This document shows, in pieces, positions 19,921-30,432 of a DNA stretch of 45,341 nucleotides. Position 1 is the stretch's first letter. Each line of letters opens with the position of its first letter. The DNA is from Promethearchaeota archaeon (GTDB taxonomy: Archaea > Asgardarchaeota > Lokiarchaeia > Sigyniarchaeales > SOKP01): NCBI GenBank assembly GCA_018238625.1, contig JABCSY010000022.1, forward strand, positions 1 to 45,341, in the 5' to 3' direction. The notes under the pieces were generated by a model. The model worked only from the letters and a program-made list of their open reading frames with translations. It did not search any database and was not told where the DNA came from. The position numbers and the translations under genes were made by a program.

Positions 19921-20365
19921 ATTGAAGATAGAACTTTTTACTTTGCGATACTACCACGATATTATTGATCTTTGGAAAAGATCAGGAATAGAAGTAGGCT
20001 CATCCGACACAAAAGACGAGATAGCTAAGATACTAAAGCGAAATCCCGATCTATTTTTAATCGGTAAGGAAGATGGAAAAGTTGTAGCAGTAGTAATAGG
20101 TGCTTTTGATGGAAGAAGAGGTTATGTGCACCATCTTGCTATAGATCCTAATTATCAAAAAAAAGGATATGGCAAAATGATGATGGACGAATTAATTGAA
20201 AGATTTTGCAAAGAAAAAGTACACAAAGTTCACTTATTTATCGAGAAACATAATAAAGAAGTAGTAGATTTTTATAAGAAATTAAGATGGAACATTAGAG
20301 AAGACTTAATTATGATGAGCTTTGTTCCGGATAAATGTTTATATAAAAGAGACATTGATATTTGA
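19913..20365 (+). CDS. GNAT acetyltransferase (YpeA-like)
   Basis: DGRRGYVHHLAIDPNYQKKGYG, KVHL and FYKKL. Confidence 0.88.
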   Translation: MIKLKIELFTLRYYHDIIDLWKRSGIEVGSSDTKDEIAKILKRNPDLFLIGKEDGKVVAVVIGAFDGRRGYVHHLAIDPNYQKKGYGKMMMDELIERFCKEKVHKVHLFIEKHNKEVVDFYKKLRWNIREDLIMMSFVPDKCLYKRDIDI

Positions 20366-20474
20366 AAATTCTATTTTTTAATCATCATCATACTTTTTTT
20401 TAGTTTATATTAAAATTTTATATATTATTGGAAGAATATAATCATACTTACAAAATATTCAATTGTGATCAAAA

Positions 20475-22244
20475 ATGAGTGACGAAATTAACGAATATTG
20501 GATGCAAAATTGGCCTGAGGAGGTACCAAGACATATTGATGTTCCTGAAATCTCTTTAGGACAAATGTTAAGAAACACAGTTAAAGCCTATCCTGATAGT
20601 CAGGCTATATTTTTTGAAGGTTTTCGAATGACATATAAAGAGTTAGATATGGCGGTAGATCAGTTTGCTACAGCACTTTCAAAAATGGGAATTAAAAAAG
20701 GTGATGTGGTAGTTATTGATTTACCTAATATGCCCCAATATGTAATTGTCTATTACGCGATTTGTCGAATCGGTGCAATTGCGAACCCTGTAATTCCCTT
20801 AAACCGGTTTGTGGAAATTGTTCATCAAGTAAACGATTCCAAAGGTAAAATGATGGTTATTTTAGATGTCCTCTATGAAGAACATCTACAAGGTAAGGAT
20901 TTAAGTAAGATACCTACTTTGAAGGACATCATTCTAACAGGTGTTGCAGACTATCTGCCAAAAATCAAGGCAAAATTAGGAACAGCTTTAGGTAAGGTTC
21001 CCAGAATGAAAAACTGGCCTACTAAAGTTGGAGATGTAAATTTTCATAAATTTCAAGATGTTATGCAAAATGGACTTCCAATTGATCTGCCAGATGTGAA
21101 AATTAATCCGAAGGAAGATATTTCTACTTTGATTTATACTGGCGGTACAACTGGTTTACCTAAGGGTTGTATGATGTCTCATTATAATTTTGTTGTAAAC
21201 GCCGAGCAAGGGAAAATATGGGCCCAAACACAAATTGAGGTTGAAAGTACATATGGTAAAGGAGGAATGTTCACCATTCTACCTTTAGCGCATGAATTTG
21301 CATTATCTATCGCTATGAATTTAGGAATTATCAGTGGGTATAAATTAATACTGTTTATACGACCTCCAGAAAAACTTTCTACCTTTTTAAAAGTGATTAA
21401 AAAGGAAGGAGCTACTTTCGGTCCTGGCGTACCTACTTTGTGGCAAAAAATAACTCTCGATAAAGATTGTGCAAAGTTTAAAGATCAACTGACGGATTTA
21501 GTGGCTTGCCTAAGTGGTGCTGCTCCCTTACCATTAGAAGTCAAACAAGGGTTTGAAGCTTTAACAGGAGCATTAATAATAGAAGGTTTCGGTATGTCAG
21601 AAACCAGCCCAATCTTAACAGTTACACCGTTTCATAAATATAAGGAGAATACAGTGGGGTTCCCAGTTTCAGATACTTTAATTAAAATAGTAGATTCCGA
21701 TGATGGTACAAAAATTTTACCTCAATGTACTAACGAGAACTGTGAGAATTGTGGAGCTAATGAAGCAAAATATATTGGCGAAATTTGTGGAAATGGCCCT
21801 CAAGTATTTTTAGGATACTTGAATAGACCAGAAGCTACAGAATATGCGCTAAGGAAGGATTCTAAAGGACGAACGTGGTATCATACGGCAGATATTGGAT
21901 GTATTGACAAGGATGGTTATTTACATATTAAAGATCGAAAACGAGACATGATCAAATATAAAGGTCATTCTGTCTTTCCTAGGGAAGTTGAAGATTTACT
22001 ATATCAATTAGAATATGTCAACGAAGTTGGCGTTATAGGCGTTCCAGATCCAGAAGTTGGAGAAAATATTAAAGCGTATGTGTCTTTAAAACCAGAATTT
22101 CAAGGTAAAGTTACTGAGGAAGATATTTCGAAATGGGCTAAAGAAAATATTTCTGCTTTCAAATACCCTCGAATAATTGAAATTATACCAGACCTGCCAA
22201 AATCCGTAGTGGGTAAAATTTTAAGAAGAGAACTTAGAACTTAA
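20475..22244 (+). CDS. Long-chain fatty acid--CoA ligase, paralog 1
   Basis: YTGGTTGLPKG, GFGMSET, GPQVFLGY, TADIG, DRKRDMIK and LPKSVVGKILRR. Confidence 0.93.
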   Translation: MSDEINEYWMQNWPEEVPRHIDVPEISLGQMLRNTVKAYPDSQAIFFEGFRMTYKELDMAVDQFATALSKMGIKKGDVVVIDLPNMPQYVIVYYAICRIGAIANPVIPLNRFVEIVHQVNDSKGKMMVILDVLYEEHLQGKDLSKIPTLKDIILTGVADYLPKIKAKLGTALGKVPRMKNWPTKVGDVNFHKFQDVMQNGLPIDLPDVKINPKEDISTLIYTGGTTGLPKGCMMSHYNFVVNAEQGKIWAQTQIEVESTYGKGGMFTILPLAHEFALSIAMNLGIISGYKLILFIRPPEKLSTFLKVIKKEGATFGPGVPTLWQKITLDKDCAKFKDQLTDLVACLSGAAPLPLEVKQGFEALTGALIIEGFGMSETSPILTVTPFHKYKENTVGFPVSDTLIKIVDSDDGTKILPQCTNENCENCGANEAKYIGEICGNGPQVFLGYLNRPEATEYALRKDSKGRTWYHTADIGCIDKDGYLHIKDRKRDMIKYKGHSVFPREVEDLLYQLEYVNEVGVIGVPDPEVGENIKAYVSLKPEFQGKVTEEDISKWAKENISAFKYPRIIEIIPDLPKSVVGKILRRELRT

Positions 22245-22405
22245 TAATATATAGCTAAATTAAAACCTTTTTTTTTATTTTAAAACAAAAAGATATCTAA
22301 ACTTCATTTCGCCTTAAATTAAAATTAAGTTGATTTTCTAAAAATTTTAAATAGGTATTCAAAATAATATACCATATCTAATGAAAAATTATAAAATGAT
22401 TAAAA

Positions 22406-24190
22406 ATGAGTGATGATATTAATCGACCATGGTATAATTATTGGCCAGAAGGCGTTCCAAAACACATAGATTATCAGGAAATAGCTTTAGGAGATGTTTT
22501 AAGAAATACAGCAGAGGAATTTCCTAATTCTCAAGCTATATTTTTTCAAGGATATAGAATGACTTATCAAGAGCTAGATACTTCCGTAGATCAATTTGCT
22601 ACAGGACTTTCCAAGATTGGAGTGAAAAAAGGTGATGTAGTTGCAATTGATTTACCAAACATACCTCAATTTATTATAGCTTTTTATGCAACGGCTCGTC
22701 TTGGCGCAGTTGTCAACCCCATAATTCCATTACATAAATTCGTAGAAATTGTTTATCAAATAAACGATTCAAATAGCACAGTTTTGATTGTATTAGATGC
22801 CCTTTATCAAGGATATTTGCATAACAAAGACTTGAGTAAAATGCCATCTCTAAAAAACATTATCCTAACAGGTATAACAGAATATCTTCCAAAAATTAAA
22901 GCAATTTTAGGTACTGCGTTAGGAAAAGTACCTCAAATGAAAAAGAAATTATGGCCGACTCAAGTAGGCGATATTAAGTTTCATAAAATGCAAGATATTC
23001 AACAAAATGGCATCCCTATTAATATTCCGGATGTATCAATAAATCCTAAGGAAGATACAGCAACACTAATTTATACTGGTGGAACTACAGGGGTACCAAA
23101 AGGAGTCCAGTTATCGCATTATAATATGTCTGCAAACGCAGAACAAGGAACTGCTTGGATGTATAATCAAGTTCCTGAAACAAGAGAATCTCGTGGAAAA
23201 GGCGGGGTTGGTTGTTTAGTTCCCTTTGGGCATGTTTTTGGTATATCAACAGGAATGAGTCTGGGAGTTTCATCTGGTTACAAACTTATTCTTTTTGCAG
23301 CCCCTCCAGAAAAGAAATCTGATGTACTGAAACTATTAATGAATGAAGGAGCTATTTATATACCCGCAGTACCTACACTTTACAATCAAATCAACCAAGA
23401 TCCAGATTCTGAAAAATTTAAGAATAAATTGCCTGAATTGACAGCTTGTTTAAGTGGTGGTTCTGCTTTACCGCCAGAAGTTAAAAAAAAATTTGAGGAC
23501 ATAACAGGCGCATCGATAATTGAAGGATATGGAGCAAGCGAAACAGCACCAATAGTAACTGCTTCACCATTTCATAGGTATAAACCAAATTCTGCAGGTT
23601 TACCCGTATCAGATACATTGTTAAAAGTCGTAGATGTTGACGAAGGAACGAAAATTTTACCAATTTGCCCTAATGAAACTTGCGAAAATTGTGGAGAAGA
23701 AGAAGCAGAGAAATATATTGGAGAACTATGTGTAAATGGACCTCAAGTTATGTTAGGTTATTTAAACAAACCAGAAGATACAAAATACGCGTTAAGGAAA
23801 GATTCCCAAGGTAAGATTTGGTATTATACTGCCGATATAGCATGCATAGATAAAGAAGGATATTTGCATTTAAAAGATAGAAAAAGAGACATGATTAAAT
23901 ATAAAGGTCACGGTGTTTTCCCAGCGGAAGTAGAAAAATTAATATATCAACACGATGCAGTAAACGAAGTTGGTGTAATAGGAGTTCCTCACCCTGATGG
24001 AGTGGGAGAAACGATTAAGGCAATTATATCAATAAAAGACGAGTTTAAAGATAAGATAACAGAAGAAGATATGTTAGAATGGTGTAAAGATAATATTAGT
24101 CCATATAAATATCCTCGGCAAATAGAATTTATCGAAGAACTACCGAAAACTCTTATTGGTAAAATTCTGAGAAGAGAACTTCGAGAATAA
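22406..24190 (+). CDS. Long-chain fatty acid--CoA ligase, paralog 2
   Basis: YTGGTTGVPKG, GYGASET, GPQVMLGY, DRKRDMIK and LPKTLIGKILRR; colinear with paralog 1. Confidence 0.93.
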   Translation: MSDDINRPWYNYWPEGVPKHIDYQEIALGDVLRNTAEEFPNSQAIFFQGYRMTYQELDTSVDQFATGLSKIGVKKGDVVAIDLPNIPQFIIAFYATARLGAVVNPIIPLHKFVEIVYQINDSNSTVLIVLDALYQGYLHNKDLSKMPSLKNIILTGITEYLPKIKAILGTALGKVPQMKKKLWPTQVGDIKFHKMQDIQQNGIPINIPDVSINPKEDTATLIYTGGTTGVPKGVQLSHYNMSANAEQGTAWMYNQVPETRESRGKGGVGCLVPFGHVFGISTGMSLGVSSGYKLILFAAPPEKKSDVLKLLMNEGAIYIPAVPTLYNQINQDPDSEKFKNKLPELTACLSGGSALPPEVKKKFEDITGASIIEGYGASETAPIVTASPFHRYKPNSAGLPVSDTLLKVVDVDEGTKILPICPNETCENCGEEEAEKYIGELCVNGPQVMLGYLNKPEDTKYALRKDSQGKIWYYTADIACIDKEGYLHLKDRKRDMIKYKGHGVFPAEVEKLIYQHDAVNEVGVIGVPHPDGVGETIKAIISIKDEFKDKITEEDMLEWCKDNISPYKYPRQIEFIEELPKTLIGKILRRELRE

Positions 24191-24253
24191 TTAAAAAAAC
24201 ATATTTTATTCCTTTTTTTTTGTTAATATTAAATAAAAAAAGAAAGATTATTG

Positions 24254-24523
24254 TTATGATAAACTTTTATTAGCTATACTAAATGGAACTAATCTAATTG
24301 CTTTATTAGGACATCTATGGTAACATACCGAACAACCTCCACAATAAGCGTCAGTTATAATTGTTATAGCTTTTCCATTGGCGTTAAATTTTCTAATATT
24401 TAGTGGACAATACTTTACGCAAGTTCCACATGATTTACACTTAGATAATTCTGTAATCGCTTTATATGTAATTTTAGATAATTCCTTGATTTTTTTTTGT
24501 AAGTTAGGTGAGGCTGTTTTCAT
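24254..24523 (-). CDS. 2x[4Fe-4S] ferredoxin
   Basis: CKSCGTCVKYCP and CGGCSVCYHRCP. Confidence 0.85.
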   Translation of the reverse strand: MKTASPNLQKKIKELSKITYKAITELSKCKSCGTCVKYCPLNIRKFNANGKAITIITDAYCGGCSVCYHRCPNKAIRLVPFSIANKSLS

Positions 24524-24591
24524 TATTAAAAAAATTAATTATAGTTCAAAAAGAGTTTGAAAAAAAAAAAAGTGGATTATTTCTTATTCTT

Positions 24592-25614
24592 TTAAGAAAT
24601 ATTAGCACATAAATTTTTAAGCAGTTTTTCTGCTTTATTTGTAAAACTGGTAATAATATCACCAACATCCATTATTGAGTCAATTAGACCACAAGTTTGC
24701 CCTACAGGTATAGCTCCATTATCCACATCGCCTTTAGTGTATACGATTTCGTAATGATAAAGATCTTCCATAAATCCATCCAGATCGTAGGCTAATTCTT
24801 GCTTAATTTTATCTTCTTTTGTCATAATCGTTCCATGTTCTAGGCAATATTTATTTTTCAATAGTCTTATTGGCCCAAACCCACCGGTAGTAAGCATTGT
24901 ATCTCGAGCAGTCGCAGGTGGAATTAATGCTTTATAATTAGGATGGAATTCGCTTTCACTAGAAGCTATAAATCGGGTCCCCATAGCAACAGCATCAGCG
25001 CCCATAGCTAATCCCGCAGCTACGCCTTCTGGACTTGCAATACCACCACACGCAATTAAAGGCTTTTCAGGGTATTTTTGGGCAACCTGTGTAACCAGAA
25101 CTAATGTACTAATCCCTTCGTAGCTTTGATGACCGCCCCCTTCCGTTCCCGTAGCAACAACTCCATCGCATCCTGCAGCATATACTTTATCTACTAACCA
25201 TAAAGCTGGAGCGACGTGATAGTGCATGATATGAGGTGCCTTTTGTTTTAATATCTTACTGGCATTTCGAGACCCTCCGGCACTTGTTAGCAAATAGATT
25301 AACTGTTCGCGAATTTTTGGATTTGTATTGCTTAATTGAGCAATTTTTCTCAACATAATCTTATGATCCGTCTGAACGCGAGCAGTCCGAATATTAACGC
25401 CGAATGGTTTATCTGTATGTTCAATTACATACTCTAACTGTTTCTCCATATCTTTTATCGAACTTTTTCCTCGTAAAGTTGCGTGACTTACAACGCCAAG
25501 TCCTCCTGCTTCAGAAACAGCGACAGATAATTCGGTCGTGTAGAATGGACCCATCGGAGCGCTAAATATTGGATACTTTATACCAAATTTTTCTGTTATT
25601 TTAGTTTTAATCAT
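24592..25614 (-). CDS. Nitronate monooxygenase / FabK-like flavin enoyl reductase family
   Basis: YPIFSAPM, AVSEAGGLG, KPFGVN, GTEGGGH, ACGGI, GADAVAMGTRF and GQTCGLID. Confidence 0.88.
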   Translation of the reverse strand: MIKTKITEKFGIKYPIFSAPMGPFYTTELSVAVSEAGGLGVVSHATLRGKSSIKDMEKQLEYVIEHTDKPFGVNIRTARVQTDHKIMLRKIAQLSNTNPKIREQLIYLLTSAGGSRNASKILKQKAPHIMHYHVAPALWLVDKVYAAGCDGVVATGTEGGGHQSYEGISTLVLVTQVAQKYPEKPLIACGGIASPEGVAAGLAMGADAVAMGTRFIASSESEFHPNYKALIPPATARDTMLTTGGFGPIRLLKNKYCLEHGTIMTKEDKIKQELAYDLDGFMEDLYHYEIVYTKGDVDNGAIPVGQTCGLIDSIMDVGDIITSFTNKAEKLLKNLCANIS

Positions 25615-25668
25615 ATTTGATCTTTTCCTATTTTTAAAATTATGATAGTTAATAATACTTTTTTGATA

Positions 25669-26307
25669 TTAAAAATTTTCAAATTTTTTTTTTAATTTAA
25701 AATAATCATCGATAGTATTAATGTTATAAATTAATTCGATCCGTTCACTAATTAGAATCGCTTGATCAAGTTCTTGTTGATCAATAGCATCACCATTAAT
25801 AACATTAATCCCTAATGGAATTAGTTTTTTCTGATCATTTTCTGAGGTAAATACAATTGTAGGTGTTAATCCATGTTGATTAAATAATCTCATATCAGCC
25901 ATAACTGTGAGTGCTGGTTTATTTAATATAAAATATATATTAATAATTTCATCTAATATCTCTGGTTTAATTAATGGAATATCTGCTACAACTGTCATTG
26001 TAATTCCAAGTTTGAGTTTTTTAATTATGAATTTTAAATCAGAATGATAACCGGCTCCAGGAGTTTCAATTAATTCAATTGGCAAATTCAACCTCTTAAT
26101 AATCGATTTCGTATGAGGCGTAAATGATGAAACGGCAATAATCAGCTTATTGATCCTTTTAGACGCCAATATAGCATCAATAACATGTTCGATTAGATAT
26201 TTATCTCCAAGTGGAAGCAACAATTTTTCTTGATATTCTATTTCTATTTTGGTAAAATCAAATCGGGAACTTTTTCCTCCTGCCATAATTATTGCTGCAA
26301 TTTGCAT
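25669..26307 (-). CDS. cobY: Adenosylcobinamide-phosphate guanylyltransferase (archaeal CobY)
   Basis: MAGGKSSR, EK.LL, TPGAGY..DL, ADIP and NINT.DD; in the cob cluster. Confidence 0.85.
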   Translation of the reverse strand: MQIAAIIMAGGKSSRFDFTKIEIEYQEKLLLPLGDKYLIEHVIDAILASKRINKLIIAVSSFTPHTKSIIKRLNLPIELIETPGAGYHSDLKFIIKKLKLGITMTVVADIPLIKPEILDEIINIYFILNKPALTVMADMRLFNQHGLTPTIVFTSENDQKKLIPLGINVINGDAIDQQELDQAILISERIELIYNINTIDDYFKLKKKFENF

Positions 26308-26344
26308 AATTTAATCTCAAAATATTCGAGTTTTTCCCATTATT

Positions 26345-27421
26345 TTAAAGTAATAATATCGTTATTATTGAAAATATAATAGTTGAAGTAGTAAGAATAA
26401 ATAAAAAAACTGTTAATCGAATCAACTTATAAGCGGTATTAATATCGTAAGGTTCAAGAGCTTTAATAGGAATTCCTAATTTATAATATCCAATTTTTTC
26501 TAGTTGAATATTTAATAATCCCGCCATTGTACTCATTGTCCAACCCGCGTTGACGCTCTCTGTGTTATTTTTTTCTAATTTTAAGATTTTCCAAGCGTTT
26601 TTTACATTTTTTTTCATTAATAAACCTGCTAATAACATAAATAATACTGTAAGACGAGTAGGAAAGTAGTTTGAAAAATCGTCTATCCTTGCTGAAAACC
26701 AACCAATATTAATATTTTCCGAATCTTTATACCCAACAATACTATCAGCAGTATTGGTTATACGGAATATATAAGCAAAAGGAATTCCTAAGAATAACCA
26801 CATAAAATGAATATGAAAATAGGTAAAAATTATTATACCTAATAAATTTCCCATCAAATAAAACCAAAATACGCTGGTTACTGCGTCAGTAGAGCTTTCA
26901 GCAATACATTCTATAGTTGCAGAGAGAATGTGTTTTTTTTCAAGTTCCTTCGTTTCACGTCTAACTATCAATGAAAGTTCAGTTCTAGCTTTTTCTAAGT
27001 TATTTTGTTTTAACGCCTTACCAATAGGTAATGTTACATCCCCCAAATTTTTTACTGCAAATGACCATTTTAATATAAATCCCATTAAAGCAGAAAATGT
27101 TAAGATATTTATCAAGTTAGGGATAACCCAATCGGACATAATCCAAACATTCCAAAACCTCCAAAAAATAACTTGAAAAAGATAAATAGGTATACAAAAG
27201 ATTAATATAGCTAGAATTAACAACACAATTCCTAAAACTTTATCTAGCTTTTTTTTACCAGTTCTTAATTTAGATTTCAACCAACTGATTGTATTTCCGA
27301 TATGCATTACTGGATGATTTTTAAAATGTGGGTCACCAATAATCAAATCAATTATTAGGGAAAATAGAATTATCAGGCAATTAATTAAAATGAAATAATC
27401 TGAATACAGAGTAAAATCCAT
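26345..27421 (-). CDS. cbiB: Adenosylcobinamide-phosphate synthase (CbiB)
   Basis: DLIIGDP..HPV, IVRRET, ATIECIAES.TD, NTADSIVGY, ARIDD..NY.P.RL and SVNAGW. Confidence 0.92.
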   Translation of the reverse strand: MDFTLYSDYFILINCLIILFSLIIDLIIGDPHFKNHPVMHIGNTISWLKSKLRTGKKKLDKVLGIVLLILAILIFCIPIYLFQVIFWRFWNVWIMSDWVIPNLINILTFSALMGFILKWSFAVKNLGDVTLPIGKALKQNNLEKARTELSLIVRRETKELEKKHILSATIECIAESSTDAVTSVFWFYLMGNLLGIIIFTYFHIHFMWLFLGIPFAYIFRITNTADSIVGYKDSENINIGWFSARIDDFSNYFPTRLTVLFMLLAGLLMKKNVKNAWKILKLEKNNTESVNAGWTMSTMAGLLNIQLEKIGYYKLGIPIKALEPYDINTAYKLIRLTVFLFILTTSTIIFSIITILLL

Positions 27422-27436
27422 TTAATTCACTCAAAT

Positions 27437-28957
27437 TTAAATACTTAGTAATTTCATAATTTTTTTAATATCAAGATTTTCTTGAACAACTTTAGCTATC
27501 TTTTGAATATTCTTCTCTATTGTTTCTTGATATCTAATTTTTTTATATGTTCTCTTTTTTTTATTTTTTCTAAATAATAGATAATCAATAAATTGTTCCC
27601 TAAATTTATCATTATCCCAAAATCCATGAATTAAACTACCAAATACTGTCTTTTGTTTATTAATTGCTCCGATAAAAGTGAATTGAGATTGATTCGAATT
27701 ATCTTTAATTTTCAATAAAGGTATTGCGTCTGGTTCAAGGTTTATTCTTCCCATGTGAATTTCATAGCCATCGATCTGCTGTCCGTTGAACGGAGGAAAT
27801 CCTACAATTTCAGCTTTTATTTGTCTTGTTATTTTATCGTAAGATTTGAATTCCGTTCTGATTGGTAAAAAGCCTAAACCTTGATGTTCACCGATTGAAT
27901 TACCTTCAATATTCATATCAATAATAATATTTCCTAAAATTTGGTATCCACCACAGATACCCATTATTAAATATCCTAATTTCTTTAATTCGTGTAGTTT
28001 AGATGTAAAACCTTTTTGTTCCATCCACTTTAAATCGCTTATTGTATTTTTAGTGCCTGGAATGACAATAAGGTCTGCTTGATCTAAATCATCAGGAGAT
28101 TTCACGTATGATATATGTACCTCTGGTTCCCAACTCAACGCTTCAAAATCTGTGAAGTTTGATATTCGTGGTAGCCGAATAATTTTAACTTCTAAATTTC
28201 CAATACTTTCAGATTCTTCCAAAGAAAGTGAATCTTCTGCAGGTAATTTTAAATTCTGAATATATGGTATTATACCAATACATTTCTTTCCTACTAAATC
28301 TTCAAATTGATCAAAACCCCGTTTTAAAATTTTCACATCTCCACGAAATTTATTGATAACGAAAAATTTAATCAAATCTTGTTCTTCAGTTTTTAATAAT
28401 TTAATCGTACCATAAATAGATGCAAAAACCCCCCCACGATCAATATCAGCAACCAATATGACTGGTGCATTAATTAATTTTGCAACGAACATATTCGCAA
28501 TTTCAACATCGGCTAAATTGATCTCTGCCGGACTTCCAGCACCCTCAATAATAATAATATCATTATTCTCTTGTAATGATAGTAATGATTTTTTAATAGA
28601 TGGAATTAATTGTGGAATAAAATCGGAATAATAATTCTTTACATGATAATCAGCAAACGGTTTTCCCATAAGAATTATTTGCGATGATAGATCTCCTTTA
28701 GGTTTTAACAAGATAGGGTTGTGTTCAGAGATTGGTTTCGCTCTCGCAGCTATTGCTTGAACTACTTGAGATCGAGCTATCTCTGCGCCGTCTTCAGTAA
28801 CAAAAGAATTGAGTGACATATTTTGAGACTTAAAAGGAGCTACTTTATAGCCCATATCGCTAAAGATTCGACATAATGCCGCAACCAACATAGATTTTCC
28901 CGCGTATGAAGTCGTTCCTTGAACCATTAATGCTTTACATGTCATCTTTAGTTCCAT
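27437..28957 (-). CDS. cbiP: Cobyric acid synthase (CbiP/CobQ)
   Basis: QGTTSYAGKS, APFKSQNMSLNS, NPILLKP, EGAGSPAEINL, DIDRGGVFA, GICGGYQ and GYEIHMG. Confidence 0.95.
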   Translation of the reverse strand: MELKMTCKALMVQGTTSYAGKSMLVAALCRIFSDMGYKVAPFKSQNMSLNSFVTEDGAEIARSQVVQAIAARAKPISEHNPILLKPKGDLSSQIILMGKPFADYHVKNYYSDFIPQLIPSIKKSLLSLQENNDIIIIEGAGSPAEINLADVEIANMFVAKLINAPVILVADIDRGGVFASIYGTIKLLKTEEQDLIKFFVINKFRGDVKILKRGFDQFEDLVGKKCIGIIPYIQNLKLPAEDSLSLEESESIGNLEVKIIRLPRISNFTDFEALSWEPEVHISYVKSPDDLDQADLIVIPGTKNTISDLKWMEQKGFTSKLHELKKLGYLIMGICGGYQILGNIIIDMNIEGNSIGEHQGLGFLPIRTEFKSYDKITRQIKAEIVGFPPFNGQQIDGYEIHMGRINLEPDAIPLLKIKDNSNQSQFTFIGAINKQKTVFGSLIHGFWDNDKFREQFIDYLLFRKNKKKRTYKKIRYQETIEKNIQKIAKVVQENLDIKKIMKLLSI

Positions 28958-30425
28958 TCTGTTTTAAAATATCCGTTCTTAACTTCATAAGTTTTTCTTT
29001 ACTAATCGATTTAAAATCTTGTCCTAGTTCTATTAATCCATTAAGAATTTTTTCCGCATTTTCTCTTTTATGAGGAAAAATACAAGAAGAACAAGCCCAG
29101 ATAAAACCCCCCGTCTTGGAATAAACTTTTTCAAAACCACCAGTATCAGTCTGATAACAGGGATAAAATGGGCAATAACAAAAAGTACAATCTTCCAACC
29201 CCGTATGGCAGGGGTAATAATCACATTTTTTAACTAAACCTGTTAATTTTTTTTCCCTCATTGCTATATTTATTAAAATCAGGCCTTTCTCGTGCATTTG
29301 GGGTCGAAATATTTTCTTTAAAGAAGAAATTAATTTTAAATTTAATTCTCTGGATTTAATACAAATTCTAATATAATATCCATTTAATCCCTCGTAATTC
29401 GAACAATCTCTGATTAAAATCTTTTCTTCAAGTAAACATTCCTTTATATTAGACGCCTTAACTCCTGTTTTTCTCGTATTAATTAATATATAATTTGTGT
29501 TAGTAGGATAGACTTTTAACCCTTTAATCTTTTTTAATTCACTTACAACGAATTTTGATTCTTCAGAAAAGAAATTTATAGACTTATCAATAAACTCTTT
29601 AGATTTTATTATTTCTTGGGCAACCCTTTGAGCAACACAATTAACAGGCCATAATACTTGACCATTTGTGATATAATTGATAATGTTAGCATTGCTAACT
29701 CCAAACCCTATTCGAAGTCCAGGTATACCAAAAAATTTTGTAAAACTTCGACATACAAATAGATTATCAAATAAATCAATTTTATTTACGAAAGAATTCG
29801 ATTCACCTGTAAATTCGATAAAAGCTTCATCTAAAAATACAAGAATATCATTTTCTGAAGCAATCTTTATAATTTCCTCCAATTTTTCTAAAGGATCAAG
29901 TAAACCGTTAGGATTATTTGGATTACATATAAAAATGATTTTAGTTTTTGAAGTAATTTGACTAATAATAGGGTCACATTCAAACTGAAAATTATTTTTA
30001 GATTTTCTGTAAACATTGATAATTTTTCCTTCATTTTTTTGAATAGCCCAAGCATATTCAGTAAAGGTTGGTTGGTATACTATTACCTCATCACTAGAAT
30101 CGATAAACATACTACAAAAAATCGAAATTAATTCTTCAGAACCTGCCCCTATAATTAGATTTTCTGAAGTTATTTTATACTCGAAATATTTCACTAATTC
30201 TTCCTTCAATAAAGTTGATTTTGAATCGGGATATCTGGAGACTTGATTTATGGAATCCAAATATGCGCGTTTAAAAAGGTCTAGAGACGCTAATGGATTG
30301 ATATTAGTACTAAAATCTAACAACGAATTAAGATCCTGTAAATTATTGATTTTATAAATTTCGCCACCATGGCCATTGTGTGCCAACTTTCTCTTTTTTT
30401 CGTTAATTATTTTGTTAAGATCCAT
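28935..30425 (-). CDS. cobD: L-threonine-O-3-phosphate decarboxylase with C-terminal cysteine-rich domain
   Basis: HGG, DFSTNINP, YPD, CNPNNPNG, DEAF and RSFTKFFGIPGLRIG (PLP Lys); tail CDYYPCH..DCTFCYCPFYPC...WACSSC..PH; start moved to ATG 30425. Confidence 0.88.
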   Translation of the reverse strand: MDLNKIINEKKRKLAHNGHGGEIYKINNLQDLNSLLDFSTNINPLASLDLFKRAYLDSINQVSRYPDSKSTLLKEELVKYFEYKITSENLIIGAGSEELISIFCSMFIDSSDEVIVYQPTFTEYAWAIQKNEGKIINVYRKSKNNFQFECDPIISQITSKTKIIFICNPNNPNGLLDPLEKLEEIIKIASENDILVFLDEAFIEFTGESNSFVNKIDLFDNLFVCRSFTKFFGIPGLRIGFGVSNANIINYITNGQVLWPVNCVAQRVAQEIIKSKEFIDKSINFFSEESKFVVSELKKIKGLKVYPTNTNYILINTRKTGVKASNIKECLLEEKILIRDCSNYEGLNGYYIRICIKSRELNLKLISSLKKIFRPQMHEKGLILINIAMREKKLTGLVKKCDYYPCHTGLEDCTFCYCPFYPCYQTDTGGFEKVYSKTGGFIWACSSCIFPHKRENAEKILNGLIELGQDFKSISKEKLMKLRTDILKQNGTKDDM

Positions 30426-30432
30426 AAAATTT

